Below, piece after piece: positions 23,138 to 36,348 of a stretch of 64,000 nt of DNA. Position 1 is the first letter of the stretch, and the number at the start of each line of letters is the position of its first letter. The translations under genes were made by a program, and so were the position numbers. This DNA is from Amoebidium appalachense (Eukaryota > Protista > Ichthyosporea), in NCBI GenBank assembly GCA_963693365.1, contig CAVNZM010000001.1:9192907-9256906 (forward strand). Direction: 5' to 3'. Under the pieces are notes generated by a model, which saw nothing but the letters and a program-made list of their open reading frames with translations, was not told the origin of the DNA and did not search any database.

Positions 23138-23659
23138 CCCTCTCCACACACACATACACACAGACACAGACACATAACCCACTCTTTCGGTTGTCGGCGC
23201 CTTTCCAAGTATTACGTCTCAGACTATCACCTTAATATCTCCCCCCTCCCCCCTTTGTTGTCTCCTCCATATTTCCAACCCTCTAACGCATACATCATCC
23301 CCCCTCCCCCCCCCCCCTCCCCCCCCCCCCCACACACACACACACCTGCAACCCCCCCCCCCCCCCCCCCCCTCCCCTAGGTGAATGGGTCGGAACTCGG
23401 GTACTTTGGATGACGTGGGCCCCCCCTGAGGATGGGCTCTGCTTATTATGCATACTCTTTATGTATGGCTTGCATTTTGCATCGTGTTATCCGTTTGTTC
23501 TTGTGTACTTCGTACTTTATGACACATTCACCCCCGCCCTCCCTGAGGATGGGCTCTGCTTATGACGCATACTGCGCGCATGGCTATGTTGCATACTTAA
23601 ATGTTTGCCTGTGCCTGTGTCCTTCGTGTAAGCGTACTTCGTACCGTGTTCCGCATTCA

Positions 23660-23702
<43 letters not shown>

Positions 23703-24765
23703 CCGCCGCCTCGGTTGGCCAAGATTTCTTGCCCCGGAGGGGGGGGGGGGGGGGGGGAGGGGGGTAGGCACTTAATGGGAGAGGGGGGGAGGGGGCACTT
23801 AAAGGGAGAGGGGAGTGGGGCGAACTTTAGGGGAAGGGGGGGGGGGAAGGGGGTGAGGGGGGGGGGGGGGTGCTGCTTAAGGGGGAGATGGGGCCTGGCG
23901 GAGGGGCACGCAAACTAAGGGAGAGGGGGTATGGGGGGAGGGGGGGGGGGGGGGGGCTGAAGAGACTGGGGGAGGGGAAGGGGGAGAAAGGGTGAGAGGG
24001 ATGGAGGAGAGAAAGGTAAAGGAAAAGACAAGAACAAAACCTAAATAAGTAAAATTCCGATTTCCAGACAGCGGCTGGGCGTGCGGATCTTGCCGAAAAG
24101 GAGCAGGCCGAGCTTAAGATCATCATGGGCTATCTGCCCAAGCAGCTGTCCGAGGATGAGATGAAGGCAAAGGCCGCAGAGGCAGTGGCTGCAGTGGGGG
24201 CCAAAACAGTAAAGGACATGGGCAAGGTGGGGTTTTTTGCGAATTTTCTTTGGATATGTCAGTGTCTCTCTCATAGGGGTTTATTGCGAATGTTCGGGGC
24301 TATCTAATAAGGGGGGGGGGGAGGGGGGGGGGGGAAGGTTTGGAATCTTCTTGGATATTTCGTGGCTATCTAAGGATGTGTTTGCTTTCAAAATGGGTCA
24401 AGATGGAGGTTTTTCATCGAGTCTTTTCTCCCCGCTCTCTCTCTCGGGTCTCCCTTGCCACTCTTACGTGACTGATTAATATCCACAAGCACCAATGTAA
24501 CACTGCAAGCCCCCCTCCCCCCCCCCCCCCCCCCCCCCCCCCTCCCCCCGCATCCCACCTATCCTCGCTTCCCATCACACGGATGGAGCACCATTATGTA
24601 AGATGCAGTTATGTGGCCACGCACACACACACTCTCTCACATACACACACATGTTTACACACCCACACATGCGCTATCACTTCATCCTCACCTGGTCTGG
24701 TTTAACATTACACGTCTTTCTTCCCTTGGCGCGCGCGTTAGCATACTCACTCACCCTTCTTCGCC

Positions 24766-24830
<65 letters not shown>

Positions 24831-24921
24831 CATGAAGTGGCTCAGTGCAAACACCGACCCGGCCTCAATGGACAAACAGAAGATGGCCGAAAGCATCAAA
24901 TCTTTGCTGGGGGCCAAGTGA
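20926..24921 (+). CDS. GatB/YqeY-domain protein (AIM41-like) with predicted mitochondrial presequence, 4 exons, 184 aa
   Basis: Exons 20926-21028, 22797-22996, 24068-24226, 24829-24921 (555 nt). LKEELKVAMRAKDK...QRKDSIAQFTAAGRADLAEKEQAELKIIMGYLPKQLSEDE...KDMGKVM is the YqeY signature; the N-terminus is Ser/Arg/Ala-rich and lacks acidic residues. Confidence 0.93.
23379..23661 (+). mobile_element. Subfamily-B copy (23379-23530) followed by a truncated subfamily-A copy (23541-23661)
   Basis: Sequence identity to the other copies; both end at CATTCA(A)-C-run; in YqeY intron 2. Confidence 0.8.
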
Positions 24922-25536
24922 TCACGTGATCACCATTAGTAGCAGCCGCTTTCTAATCATAGTAAAGTTCACTGTTCCGGGGGGGTCTTTTAAGAAGGGG
25001 GATCCAGACTGATTTGCCAGTAAAATTCTTTGTTTTTTTTTTTTTTTCGAAAATGGACGGGTGGTTGAATGAGAAATGTTGCAAAATGTGCCTCTCCGTT
25101 TTTGCCCTTCAAGTACAAGTAGCTTCCTGCTTTTCTCGTGATGTTGGTTGGATAGTTTGACGGCTGCCTGCCCGTGGTTACACAATATGGTTTTCTAAAC
25201 AGAAATTCCATGCCTGCATATACAGCTAGATACACGCATAAAACACACCTGCATACATATATGTCATACACATACATATATGTGTATGCATAACAAAACA
25301 CCCCAATACGTGGATGTATGCATCCAGGTTTTGAGTCCACGTGCACTGAAACTGGTTTTAAATGATGCCTTTGACGTGCACAGCCATGGATTTGTTGGCC
25401 TGTGCAAAGTTCCCATTGTTGTGGTGCCGAAATGCCTAAGATGTTTATAAAGCGCCTCAAGAACTTTATTATTATTATGCTCAATAAATGGATGTGTCTA
25501 TGCAATCGACTAACGAACTGAGCTCTCCACATGAAG

Positions 25537-25575
<39 letters not shown>

Positions 25576-25734
25576 CCCACCCACCCACACACACACAACT
25601 GTTGTTTAAAAAAACAGATTCAAACGCCCCCCCCCCCCCCCCCCCTCTGGGAGGAAAAATCTAGCTGAGTTGACGTTGGGTTTTGTGAGTGATTACCATT
25701 ACCGCACACACACACACATACACACACACACTCA

Positions 25735-25803
<69 letters not shown>

Positions 25804-25950
25804 ACCGTGACACACACACACACACACACACCCTCACAACACACACACGTGACACACACTCTTCTCTTCGGCACATAATAAACAAAAAAAATATTAGGAA
25901 TATGCCTACTAGTATACTTTCTTATTCTTTCTAAAAACTTTTTTTTTTTT

Positions 25951-25978
25951 TTTTGCGCGCCAAAACTTCCCGCCAAAA
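25951..25978. promoter_or_regulatory. Tandem E2F-consensus sites
   Basis: TTTTGCGCGCCAAAA (25951-25965) and TTCCCGCCAAAA (25967-25978). Confidence 0.5.
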
Positions 25979-26253
25979 TTTCTATATATGGCTAATCAGT
26001 CAGATCGCCCGGGAATGTACTGCGCGTGCACATGATTATGCGATTTGCGTCACTGGTCATCCACACGCACGTTAAATATTAATCATAGTGAGTGCTGGGG
26101 TGTACTAGGCAAAGGCTTTGCCCTGCGGTACACGCGTATGTGGGTTTATGTGTGACACTGTGTGTGTGGTGCTTGTGTGCATGTGTTCATGTGTGCCACA
26201 GCCACATCTATGTGTCTGTGTGTGTGTGTGGGTGTTTTTTTTTTTTTTTTTGG

Positions 26254-26313
<60 letters not shown>

Positions 26314-27268
26314 AGAATGTGTTACTAATAGCGTAGGACATTTACGTATACATAATCGAGCGACACACCAACAGCACGCATTGTTTTTTAAGTATGCATG
26401 CGCAAACGCCATTATATTTATAGGAGGCCCAATCGCAAGTTATCCGCAGTATACGTTGCGCCAGTCACACCCAACAATTATTTAGGTACGCCTTCATGAT
26501 CACTTTCACTTGTCAATGAACATGTGTGGGTCACCCAGGTAAGTCATGATCAGACAACTAGCAGAGATTTAGGGTTATATATGTGTGCACTTAAGCTTAT
26601 TAATATGCAAGTAGGGCTATACGTATACACTGGTCACAGGCAGATGCGGTTGCCATAGGAAGGGCTGTGGGCATACTACGATTACAGCAACTTTGATTAG
26701 GAAGCAACAAGCACGTGTGTGTGTGTGTGTACGTATGCGTGTATGCGTGTGTGCCATGGTGGAGTGGAACAAGCGGAGGGAGGGAAAGGAGGGGGGAGGG
26801 GGGGAGAATGATGAATGATAGTTCAATACTTGCGCATCACTCTTATCGACTTTACTGCGTACCTCACACCCGAAGACCCACCACACACGGTGCATGTGGG
26901 TCAGTAACTATACAACTCATTAACTATCATCATCGATATCATAGCACCGAACGTCCTTGACCAATAAAAAGGGTGCTTTCCGCCCCAAATATGGGCAAAA
27001 GGGGGGATGGCTGGCTATCCAATCCGATTATGGGATTGACCTTGTCCACCCTACGAAGGCTAGATATGCACGCGCTAGGAGTCAGCTTATGGCTTTTATC
27101 TACTATTTACCTATCCGCTAATAACGTATCCATCATTTTATTCCTTCTCCTTTTTTATCTCTACGACTTTTCGTCTCTCTGTCAACATACCATATATATC
27201 TCCATCACACCTCTCCCAAACCCCAGTCACAAATTTTCACCTCTGCTCCAAAAATCCAATTTTCGAAT

Positions 27269-28314
27269 TTACGTGGGGATAGACGTGGAGAAATGGGCCG
27301 GGCTCCCGACCGACACGCGCCGATCGATAATCGCCTCAGCCAAGCGATTTTCGGCCTGGTTATGGGTCAGGATACCCTCATGATTGAGGCCCTCAGGCGC
27401 GAAAATTGAGTTGGATCGCGACCTAATCGACATTGATCGGGAATGGGAGGAAACGGCGCCATAGGCAGGGGTGGGCTCCTCGGGTGCGATCGGGGCTTGT
27501 TCTTCATCTCCCTCTGCCTCCATCGATTCCATGGCAAAACGGGCACGCTCCTCCCAGTCCGTGCAGCTGTACGTGTACGTGTGTGTGTACACAAGGGTGT
27601 ACGTGTACGTGTGTGTGTACACAAGAGTGTACGTGTACGTGTGTGTGTACACAAGAGTGTACGTGTACGTGTGTGTACACATGAGTGTACGTGTACGTGT
27701 GTGTGTACACAAGAGTGTACGTGTACGTGTGTGTGTACACATGAGTGTACGTGTACGTGTGTGTGTACATAAGGGTGTACGTGTACGTGTGTGTGTACAC
27801 AAGAGTTTACGTGTACGTGTGTGTACATAAGGGTGTACGTGTACGTGTGTGTGTACATAAGGGTGTTCGTGTATGCGTACGTGTGTGTACGAAAGTGCGT
27901 GTGAATGTTTAGATTAGGTGTAGATGTACAGTTGTGTAAACATGCACATGTACGTGTGCGCATGGGTGTGTGCACTTGTGTGTGTGTGTGGCCGGGGGAG
28001 GGGGGGGGGGGGGGGGGGGGGTAGAGAGGGGGTTTGCGGTGTAACTAGATGTTCAACCTGTAAGTCTGTGGAAAGATTTGGAACACAACTTCACATGGTC
28101 CAGTATCACTTGTTCTACTCCATAATACAGTACAGGCTTACACACAATGTCCCTCCTCTCCCCCCCTTCTCCCTTTGCTTCAACCTTATTCTCCCTCTCT
28201 CTTCCTCTAGCTTATTCTCCCCCCCCCCCCCTCCTCGCGCGGCCTAATGCCCACAGACCCTACACAAGTCAATCGAACACCGTGATTCTTGCACAGACAC
28301 AAGCACCCATTTTG

Positions 28315-28353
<39 letters not shown>

Positions 28354-29022
28354 AAAAAGATTTTTCTTTCTTTTGCAACACACATGCCACTCGCCACAAG
28401 CCAAAAAGCATTACAGGCAAGGAAAGCAGGGAGACAGGCCACTGTGTGTGTGACAAATATCCCTGGGGGGGGGGGGGGGGGGGATCGAACTATAGGGAGA
28501 CACTCACCCGAGATCGATGAGGTACACGGACAGCTTAAAGACCTCCATGACACCAATAGCTATCCACAGGGCAGGCAGGCCCATGTTGTAGTGGAGACCA
28601 AGAAGCCAGCAAAGTGGGAGATCTATAAGCCACGTCGCAAGGAGAGATACCCAGAAGATAACCGTAACTTTCGACATTCCCGTAAGAACGGCCGAAACGA
28701 GAATTTCGGTAGATTCGATCATGAACCCCCCCACGAAAAGCCATTTGATGTTGAGGCAAAGGTCGATAATTACTTGGTCGGAGGTGTAAATTCGGAACAG
28801 TTTGTCGTGAAGGGCCAAGACGATTATCCCCAGTGCAATGACGGTGGTGATCGTGCAGATGAACCCGAGAAGGGCGAGCTTTTTGGCGCTGTTCGGACGG
28901 CCGGCTCCCATGTAGTTGGCAACGCGCACCTGTGTGTGTGCGTGTACGTGTGTACGTGTACGTGTTGAATGGACAAGTGTTTGTGTGTGTATATGCGTAC
29001 GTGCGTATTTGTAGGTGTGTAG

Positions 29023-29058
<36 letters not shown>

Positions 29059-29785
29059 ATGTTCGTGTGTGCACGTGTAGGTGTGTTTAGAAGTGACCTG
29101 CCGAAGGGGGAGAAGGGACGCGGGGAAAAGGAGGATCATGTCACAGGTGCTTTTCTTGTGTGTAAGAGGGGGGGGGGGGGGGGGGGGGGGGGAGAGGGAA
29201 GGGGAACGGGTCAGAGAGAATGGGAGAGAGGAAGAGAGAGAAAGGAGGGGGAGAGGGGGGAGTGTGTGTGTGTTTGTGTGCGTGTGTGGTGGTGCATGGG
29301 TGGGTGGGCGGGTGGGTGGTGGTGGTTGGGGGGGGGGGGGGGGGGGGGGGGGGAAGGGGGAATGGGGGACCTGGGAGTATAGAAAATCGGACAGAAAGAG
29401 AAAGAGATGGAGTGGGGGAGGGGCAGGGGGGGGGAGAGGGAGGGGGGGGGGGGGGTTGAATGCGTCATAAAGTACGAAGTACACAAGAACAACGGATAAC
29501 ACGATGCAGAATGCAAACCATACATAAAGAGTATGCATAATAAGCAGAGCCCATCCTCAGGGGGGGCCCACGTCATCCACAGTACCCGAGTTTTGACCCA
29601 TTCACCTCGTTAACGAAGCCCGACTCAGATACTGTTTCACTTGAACATGGGTGGGTCAACCGTCTTGATCAGAGACGAGCAGCGTTACTTATGCAGGCAA
29701 GGGCAGTGGGAAAGGCCGGGGGTTAGAGTTGCAGCAGTAAGCAGAAGCAAGAAAAATATAGATTGGAACTCAGGAGACGGGGCTT

Positions 29786-29826
<41 letters not shown>

Positions 29827-30215
29827 AAAATGCCCCATAGAGAATGCGATACACATTCACAAGACAACAAAAATGCAGAGTGCAAGCCACACATTAGGAG
29901 TATGTATAATAAGCAGAGCCCATCATCAGGGTAAGAAGGGAGGGAGGGAGGGATGCGGATGGAGAGAGAGGGAAGCAGGGATGGGGGGAGGGAGGGGGGG
30001 GGGGGGGGGGGGGGGGGAGGGAAAGAGATAACGAGTTGGAGATTGAGAGGGAGGTAGAGGGGAAGGAGGGAGGGAGGGAAGGGGGGGGGGGGGTGATGTA
30101 TGCGTTAGAGGGTTGGAAACATGGAGGAGACAACGACGAGCATCGGGCGCTCGATATCGAAATAGAACCGGCTTCTGAGGGCTATTCTCTGTGAGGTTAC
30201 ACATACACATCCATA

Positions 30216-30255
<40 letters not shown>

Positions 30256-30941
30256 TTCCTACTCCACAAACACACACACACAATCACTACCGTACACAAA
30301 CACAACTATTATTACAGCTCACCACACACACATGCGCATTCACAACATACGCAGAAACCGAAAATGCCCCCACATGACCACATAACACTACCATCTAGCC
30401 ACCAAGAGGAACAAGGGGAATGGAGTAAACGACAGGAGGGGGGGGGGGGGGGGGGGGGTTTCAATGCGCGGAAAAGTGAAAATTCCTACCTGAGTAGCGC
30501 ATCCAAAACCCCAGAACACAGCCCAGAGCATACCCCACAGCCCCGAAACGACGGCGTTCGCAGCGATAATATTAGACCCCATCTTAGCAGCAATCAGAGA
30601 GACGAGAGAGTTAGCCAAGTTGGAAACGAACGAATTCGAAGCCATGGGCCCGGCAATAGAAAGGAAAGTAATCAGTCTGTCCCAAGTGTAGGCGCTCGTG
30701 TCCCACCCCTCCCACGCCTGCTTGTGGTAACCCTTCCACACGACGCAGATTAGGAACAGAGCGAGGGGTTGGAACCAGCACGCGACGACGGTGGCGAGGG
30801 GGGAACCAACGAAACCGAACCCTTCCCACTCCCCGATGCCGTAGATGAAAACATAGTTGCAGATTGCGGCGACACCGATGGAGAGGGAGCCTACGACGGT
30901 CGTGGGCCACATGATGCCCATTGCCTGTGTACGTGTACATG

Positions 30942-30981
<40 letters not shown>

Positions 30982-31080
30982 GGGAAGGGGGGGGGGGGGG
31001 GGGGGGGTGATTGTGATTGTGAGTGTGAGTGTACGTGTGTGTGATTTCAAGCAAGTTTGTTGTGCATGGCGGGAGGAGGG

Positions 31081-31112
<32 letters not shown>

Positions 31113-31116
31113 GGGG

Positions 31117-31153
<37 letters not shown>

Positions 31154-31743
31154 TAGAGATTGAGTGTGTGTCTCTGTGTCTGGAGACAACGAAAGGGGCC
31201 AGGGCATGGGAAGCCTTGAACAGGAGAGGGAGGAGGGGGGGGGGGGGGGGGGGGGGGGGGAGAAACCCTGACCCTCAAGGAACCGAAATCTCACAAAATC
31301 ACACGAGGAATATGTTGCTGGTAAGAAAAACCTTGTGCAGGGGGGGAGGAGGGGGGGGGGGGGGGGGGGGGGGGGATGGGGAGGAGATTCATTAACAAGC
31401 AGGTGCATTCATGAATGGGTGTGCGTTCCCAGAAAGCCTAGTGGGTTGCCTCCACGGAGCAGGGCGCTGGGGAATGGGGGAAGGGGGGGGGGGGGGGGGG
31501 GGGATTTCAGATTCCCAAACGGAAAGAACGGAAGTTACAAGAGGATGTAAGGGAGTAAAGGAAAGGGGGGGGGGTCGTTTGGAAGTGTTGATGTGCGAAT
31601 CTGTGAGTGTGTTAACTCCCCCCTCCCCCCACCCCACCCCCTCAACCCCCTTTCTCCTGCCACAGGCGCACTCAATTGACAATGGATAGAAGGCCTGGGG
31701 GACGAATGGGCGGGGGGGGGGGGGGGGGGGGGGGGGGGGGAGG

Positions 31744-31779
<36 letters not shown>

Positions 31780-32787
31780 ACTGCGCAAGGGAACGAAAAA
31801 GTGTTTTCAAATTATCGTGTGCATGCTATTGGTGGGGGAAGGGGGGAGGAAGATGGGGGAAGGGGAGAGGGGGGGGAGGAGTGGGATTTATGAACGAACA
31901 AAGCTGCAGTTCTAGGGGTTGGCTAGTGTTCAGCAACACCGAGACAGGAGGAAGGGTGTGTGTGTGGGGGGGGGGGGGGGGGGGAGGGGGGGGGGGAGGG
32001 GGGATGATGCAGCGAACCTGTGTGCGTATGTGTGTGTTTGGCGGGCGGGGCGGGGGGGGGGGGGGGGGGGGGGGGGGGGAGGGGGAGGAGAGAAGAGCAC
32101 CCGACAAGGCATTTGCAATACACAAAAGAACAGGGTCCGACGACAGGGAGAGGGGGAGGGAAGGGGGGGCGGGGGAAAAGGGGGATGTGGTGCGCAGTAT
32201 GATGTGCACACTCACAAAGAATAATATCAGGCAAATGTGCAAGAAAGGGCACACACACCGATAGTGTTCCACACAAGTAGAACCCATCCTTCGGGGAAGT
32301 CCTCCCCACAAAGGGGGGAGGGAAAGGGGGGGAAGGGGGGGGCAGGGGGCGGGGGGAGGGGGGAGGGGGGAAGGGCGGGGAGGGAGGGAGAGAGGGTGTG
32401 AAAGGAAGTGAGGTTTTGAGCCCAACCAGATACCACTGTTGACAACTTTTTTAATGAATTTTTATGAAATTTCAAAGACTTTCCATACCTGGAAGTATTG
32501 GCGCATGCACGCGTAGACGAGCGACGGCGCTATAGAAAACGACAGCACCCGGCCAAACGACGCCCCGAGCTCCACAATGCGTTGCTCCTCGGTGGAATAT
32601 TGCAGCACCAAACTAATGCACCAGTACCAAATAAACACGGGGATTCCGAAGATTCCGGTCACAATGATACCGAATTGCAGCCAAATTCCGGTAAGACTGC
32701 GGTTGTTGGCGCCCCAAGACTGGCCACAGAGGGTGATGAGGGCGGAGGCGCCGGCCCACACGCCCATCAGAGGCACGCTGGTCCATA

Positions 32788-32862
<75 letters not shown>

Positions 32863-33352
32863 TGTGTACGTGTGTGCGTGTGGACGTGGGTGTGTGTTTG
32901 CAGGTGGATGGGGGGACGAAGGGCAGGACACGAGTGATGTTCCGTAAGATTAGAGGAGTCTGTCTGCGTCTTGCTGTAAGGTGTGTGAATATGCTACCTA
33001 CGATAACATGCCTAAACGGCTAAAGGATTGAAAGGTATGGGAGACGGTCTAAGGAAGATGCTCAGGGTGGCGGCAGCTGGAAGTAACAGTACCCTAATAC
33101 TTACCAAATGTTGCATTGTTTGCTATTCACAAGGCGCTGAATCTCACTATGCGTAGTTGTGTTGTGAAATTAAGGTTATTGCACGCATACACCAAGGCAC
33201 TCATGCACGAGCACACAAAAGAATCAGGAACATGCAGATGACACTGGAAGAGATCTACACAAACACACACACTCACATAGCCACCCACATTCATACACAT
33301 ACATGGAACCACACGCACACACACACACACACACCGCACCACAAACACACAA

Positions 33353-33394
<42 letters not shown>

Positions 33395-33684
33395 AAACGC
33401 ACACACTTCTTCTAGCATCAGAACACACAAACAACCCGTGACTAGCAAACCCAAACTAACAACATCAACCCCCATACACTCACCTGAGCAAGAGAGGCAG
33501 CAGCAAGCTCCTGTGTTCCTAAGTGTCCCAAGAAAGCAGAGTCGATGGATGTGAGAGCGATACGACAAAACGTGGCAAGCGACACCTGCGAAGCCATCAC
33601 ACACAGGTCGAAAAACTCCTTTCCCCACTCAACATCATCCCCTCTCTCCGCGATCAGCGGCTTTTCTTCGTTGTCACCCGCCAT
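27269..33684 (-). CDS. MATE family multidrug and toxin extrusion transporter, 5 exons, 551 aa
   Basis: Exons 33684-33484, 32788-32489, 30924-30490, 28929-28508, 27566-27269 (1656 nt). Motifs [72 protein letters not shown]. The exon 2 acceptor reads CG rather than AG (see findings). Confidence 0.93.
27569..27890. repeat. Minisatellite, 28-30 bp unit GTACGTGTACGTGTGTGTGTACACAAGAGT, ~10 copies
   Basis: Read directly from the sequence; abuts the last MATE acceptor. Confidence 0.9.
29456..29745 (-). mobile_element. Longest subfamily-B copy (sense to MATE)
   Basis: The reverse complement aligns to subfamily A from GCATAAGTAACGCTGCTCGTCTCTGATCAAGACGG through CTGAGGATGGGCTCTGCTTA and ends CGCATTCAA-poly-C. 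A second short copy lies at 29840-29930. Confidence 0.8.
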
Positions 33685-35280
33685 CTTGGAAGCGAGCTTG
33701 AAAAACTAGGCAATCCCCCTTATAAAAGTCGTGTGTGGAGTGGGCGAGGAGGAAAGTAGTTTAGAGCATCGAACAGCGGTGTGTTTTGTTTATTTGCGGT
33801 TTTGGGAAAACGACCGGCTTTTTGCATCGTTCAGTGAACTTCAGTCTTGTCTGCTCTTTTTTGGCTTTTGGCGTTTTCGTTTGATTGGTTGATCTCATTC
33901 CATGCGGTGAGCGCGGTAAAAAGTGATAAACGTTCTATTGCTAAAGGTGCAGGCCTACACTGATTATGCTACATAGTACCTAGCAACATACTTATTTATT
34001 TTCTACTCTTCTGAATATTTATGGCTAACGGGAATATAGTAAAAAACGCTCCCCAATTACTTATTCCCTTTATGCACTGAGAAAGAGATATCGAACTTCC
34101 GGCTGGGCCGTAGTTAGCCTTTTTTAGCCTTTCGGAAACCGCAAATCTGATTGGGTGTCCGAGGCAGCTGTGATTTTTTATCCGCATATGGTGACGGTCA
34201 GTCAGTACACGCTGCATGTGCCTGCACTCCTGCCACTTCGTGACATGCGTTTTGTAGGCCGTTGACCTACCACCTACTGAGGCGGTGTCTCCTTTTTTTT
34301 TTTTTTTTTTTTTTTTAACACTTAAAGTAGATGTAAAAACGTCGCACGTGCGGCAACACGTCAGTACGTGTTAGGCCGTTGACCTATGTTGTTGTGTTTG
34401 GCCATTGAAAAAAAATGCTTCTTAATATAAATCAACGTCAAAAAAACGTCCGCACACACGCACACGCACACACACGCACACAAACTTTGTGACACGCGCA
34501 CGCGTGCACACATGCACGGCAGACACAATGTGGCACACACACACAAAAATATCAAATACACACAACACACACACGCACGTGCAGACACACATACACACGT
34601 GCACCTGCACACACAAACACGATTGTGAATGCGCAATTAATGGTATGTGCACGCACATGCGAGGCACACAGATACATACACGTGTGTACAATGTGTACAT
34701 GTACACTGTTACACACACAACCCGGCATGGTTGTACACACACATGCACACATAATGATCAAAAACGGGAAATAAGACAGCCAGACTGACACCGTATTCCA
34801 CACTTGAAGCACCCAGCTCACTGATATGCAGGCGCACCTTGGCTCACGATGGCAATTATTCACATACTTTGTAGACAATCACTCTTGCAATTACATGTCA
34901 TGGGGTCTCCAATATTTTTTCGCATTTGTTTAGTAATACACACACCATGATGCACACCCCCGGTATGTAGTAATCATATGTTACAGTATTCATCACCGGT
35001 ACCAGTACCGCAGCTGCCTTTTTGGTGAATGCCGGCCTGAAGAACCTATACCACCTTTAGCTATTAATATATTAATTTATTAGATTTGTAACAGGACTGA
35101 GGCCCAAGAGCGATATTTAGCAGGCACCAGCTGGTGTGCCAAAACTGCAGGTATCATACATACTGTTACCAGTGTGCATGGCACACACATGGCACTCATT
35201 TTGGGGCATGTTCATCATTGAGGCAAGCCACGTCAAACACACACAATTTGTGGTATACGTACCCTTTGAACTTCTGGTTC

Positions 35281-35319
<39 letters not shown>

Positions 35320-35360
35320 AATCAAAAAACAGACCACTGTGCCAGTAAACTGTTCTGGTC

Positions 35361-35391
<31 letters not shown>

Positions 35392-35552
35392 TTTCCTCCT
35401 CCTGCTGTCCCCCCTCCCCCCGTGCCATCCGTATCATTTTTTGGTAACACGTTTGTTACATTAATGCTGTGGTCACGGTGCTTAGCGTGCACTGCGGTGC
35501 ACATGGTGTGTTCATGTACACAATGTATCATCGCACGCGTGGTCGTGCACGT

Positions 35553-35603
<51 letters not shown>

Positions 35604-36129
35604 TTTCCCGTGCACACGTGCACGTGTCGTTGCATGTGCATATACTCTCTAAGTATTAGCTCTCGGGTTTCATATTACAGTGCTCGGCATTTGAGGTTTC
35701 ATGTGACTCCTTTTCCAACCCGGGTCACACCGTACTATGCCATAGTAGAGTGTGTTGTCTAATTTGTGAAGTCGTTTTTCTCTTCGACTCTCTTCTTTAT
35801 ACTTTTGTCGTACATACCTCCTTCTCTTTCCAAATCCGTTTTCTCTTTTCGTTCTCTCTCTTCTTCCTCCGCCTTCCCCCTTCCCCCCTCTCTCCCTCCC
35901 TGAGGCTCGAACCTCGCCTCTCTCTCTCTCCCTCCCTCCCTCCCCCCCCCCCCCCCCCCTCTCTCTCTCCCCCCTCCCCCCCCCCCCTCTCTCTCTCCCC
36001 CTCCCCCCGAGGCTCTCTCTCAGGCTACGCTGTCAGCCTCAGCAGTCCGGGCCCTCCCTCCCCTCCCCCTCGTTCTCTCTGTCTACAGTGCTACGTACAC
36101 ACACACACACACACACACAATGTCATACA

Positions 36130-36348
<219 letters not shown>

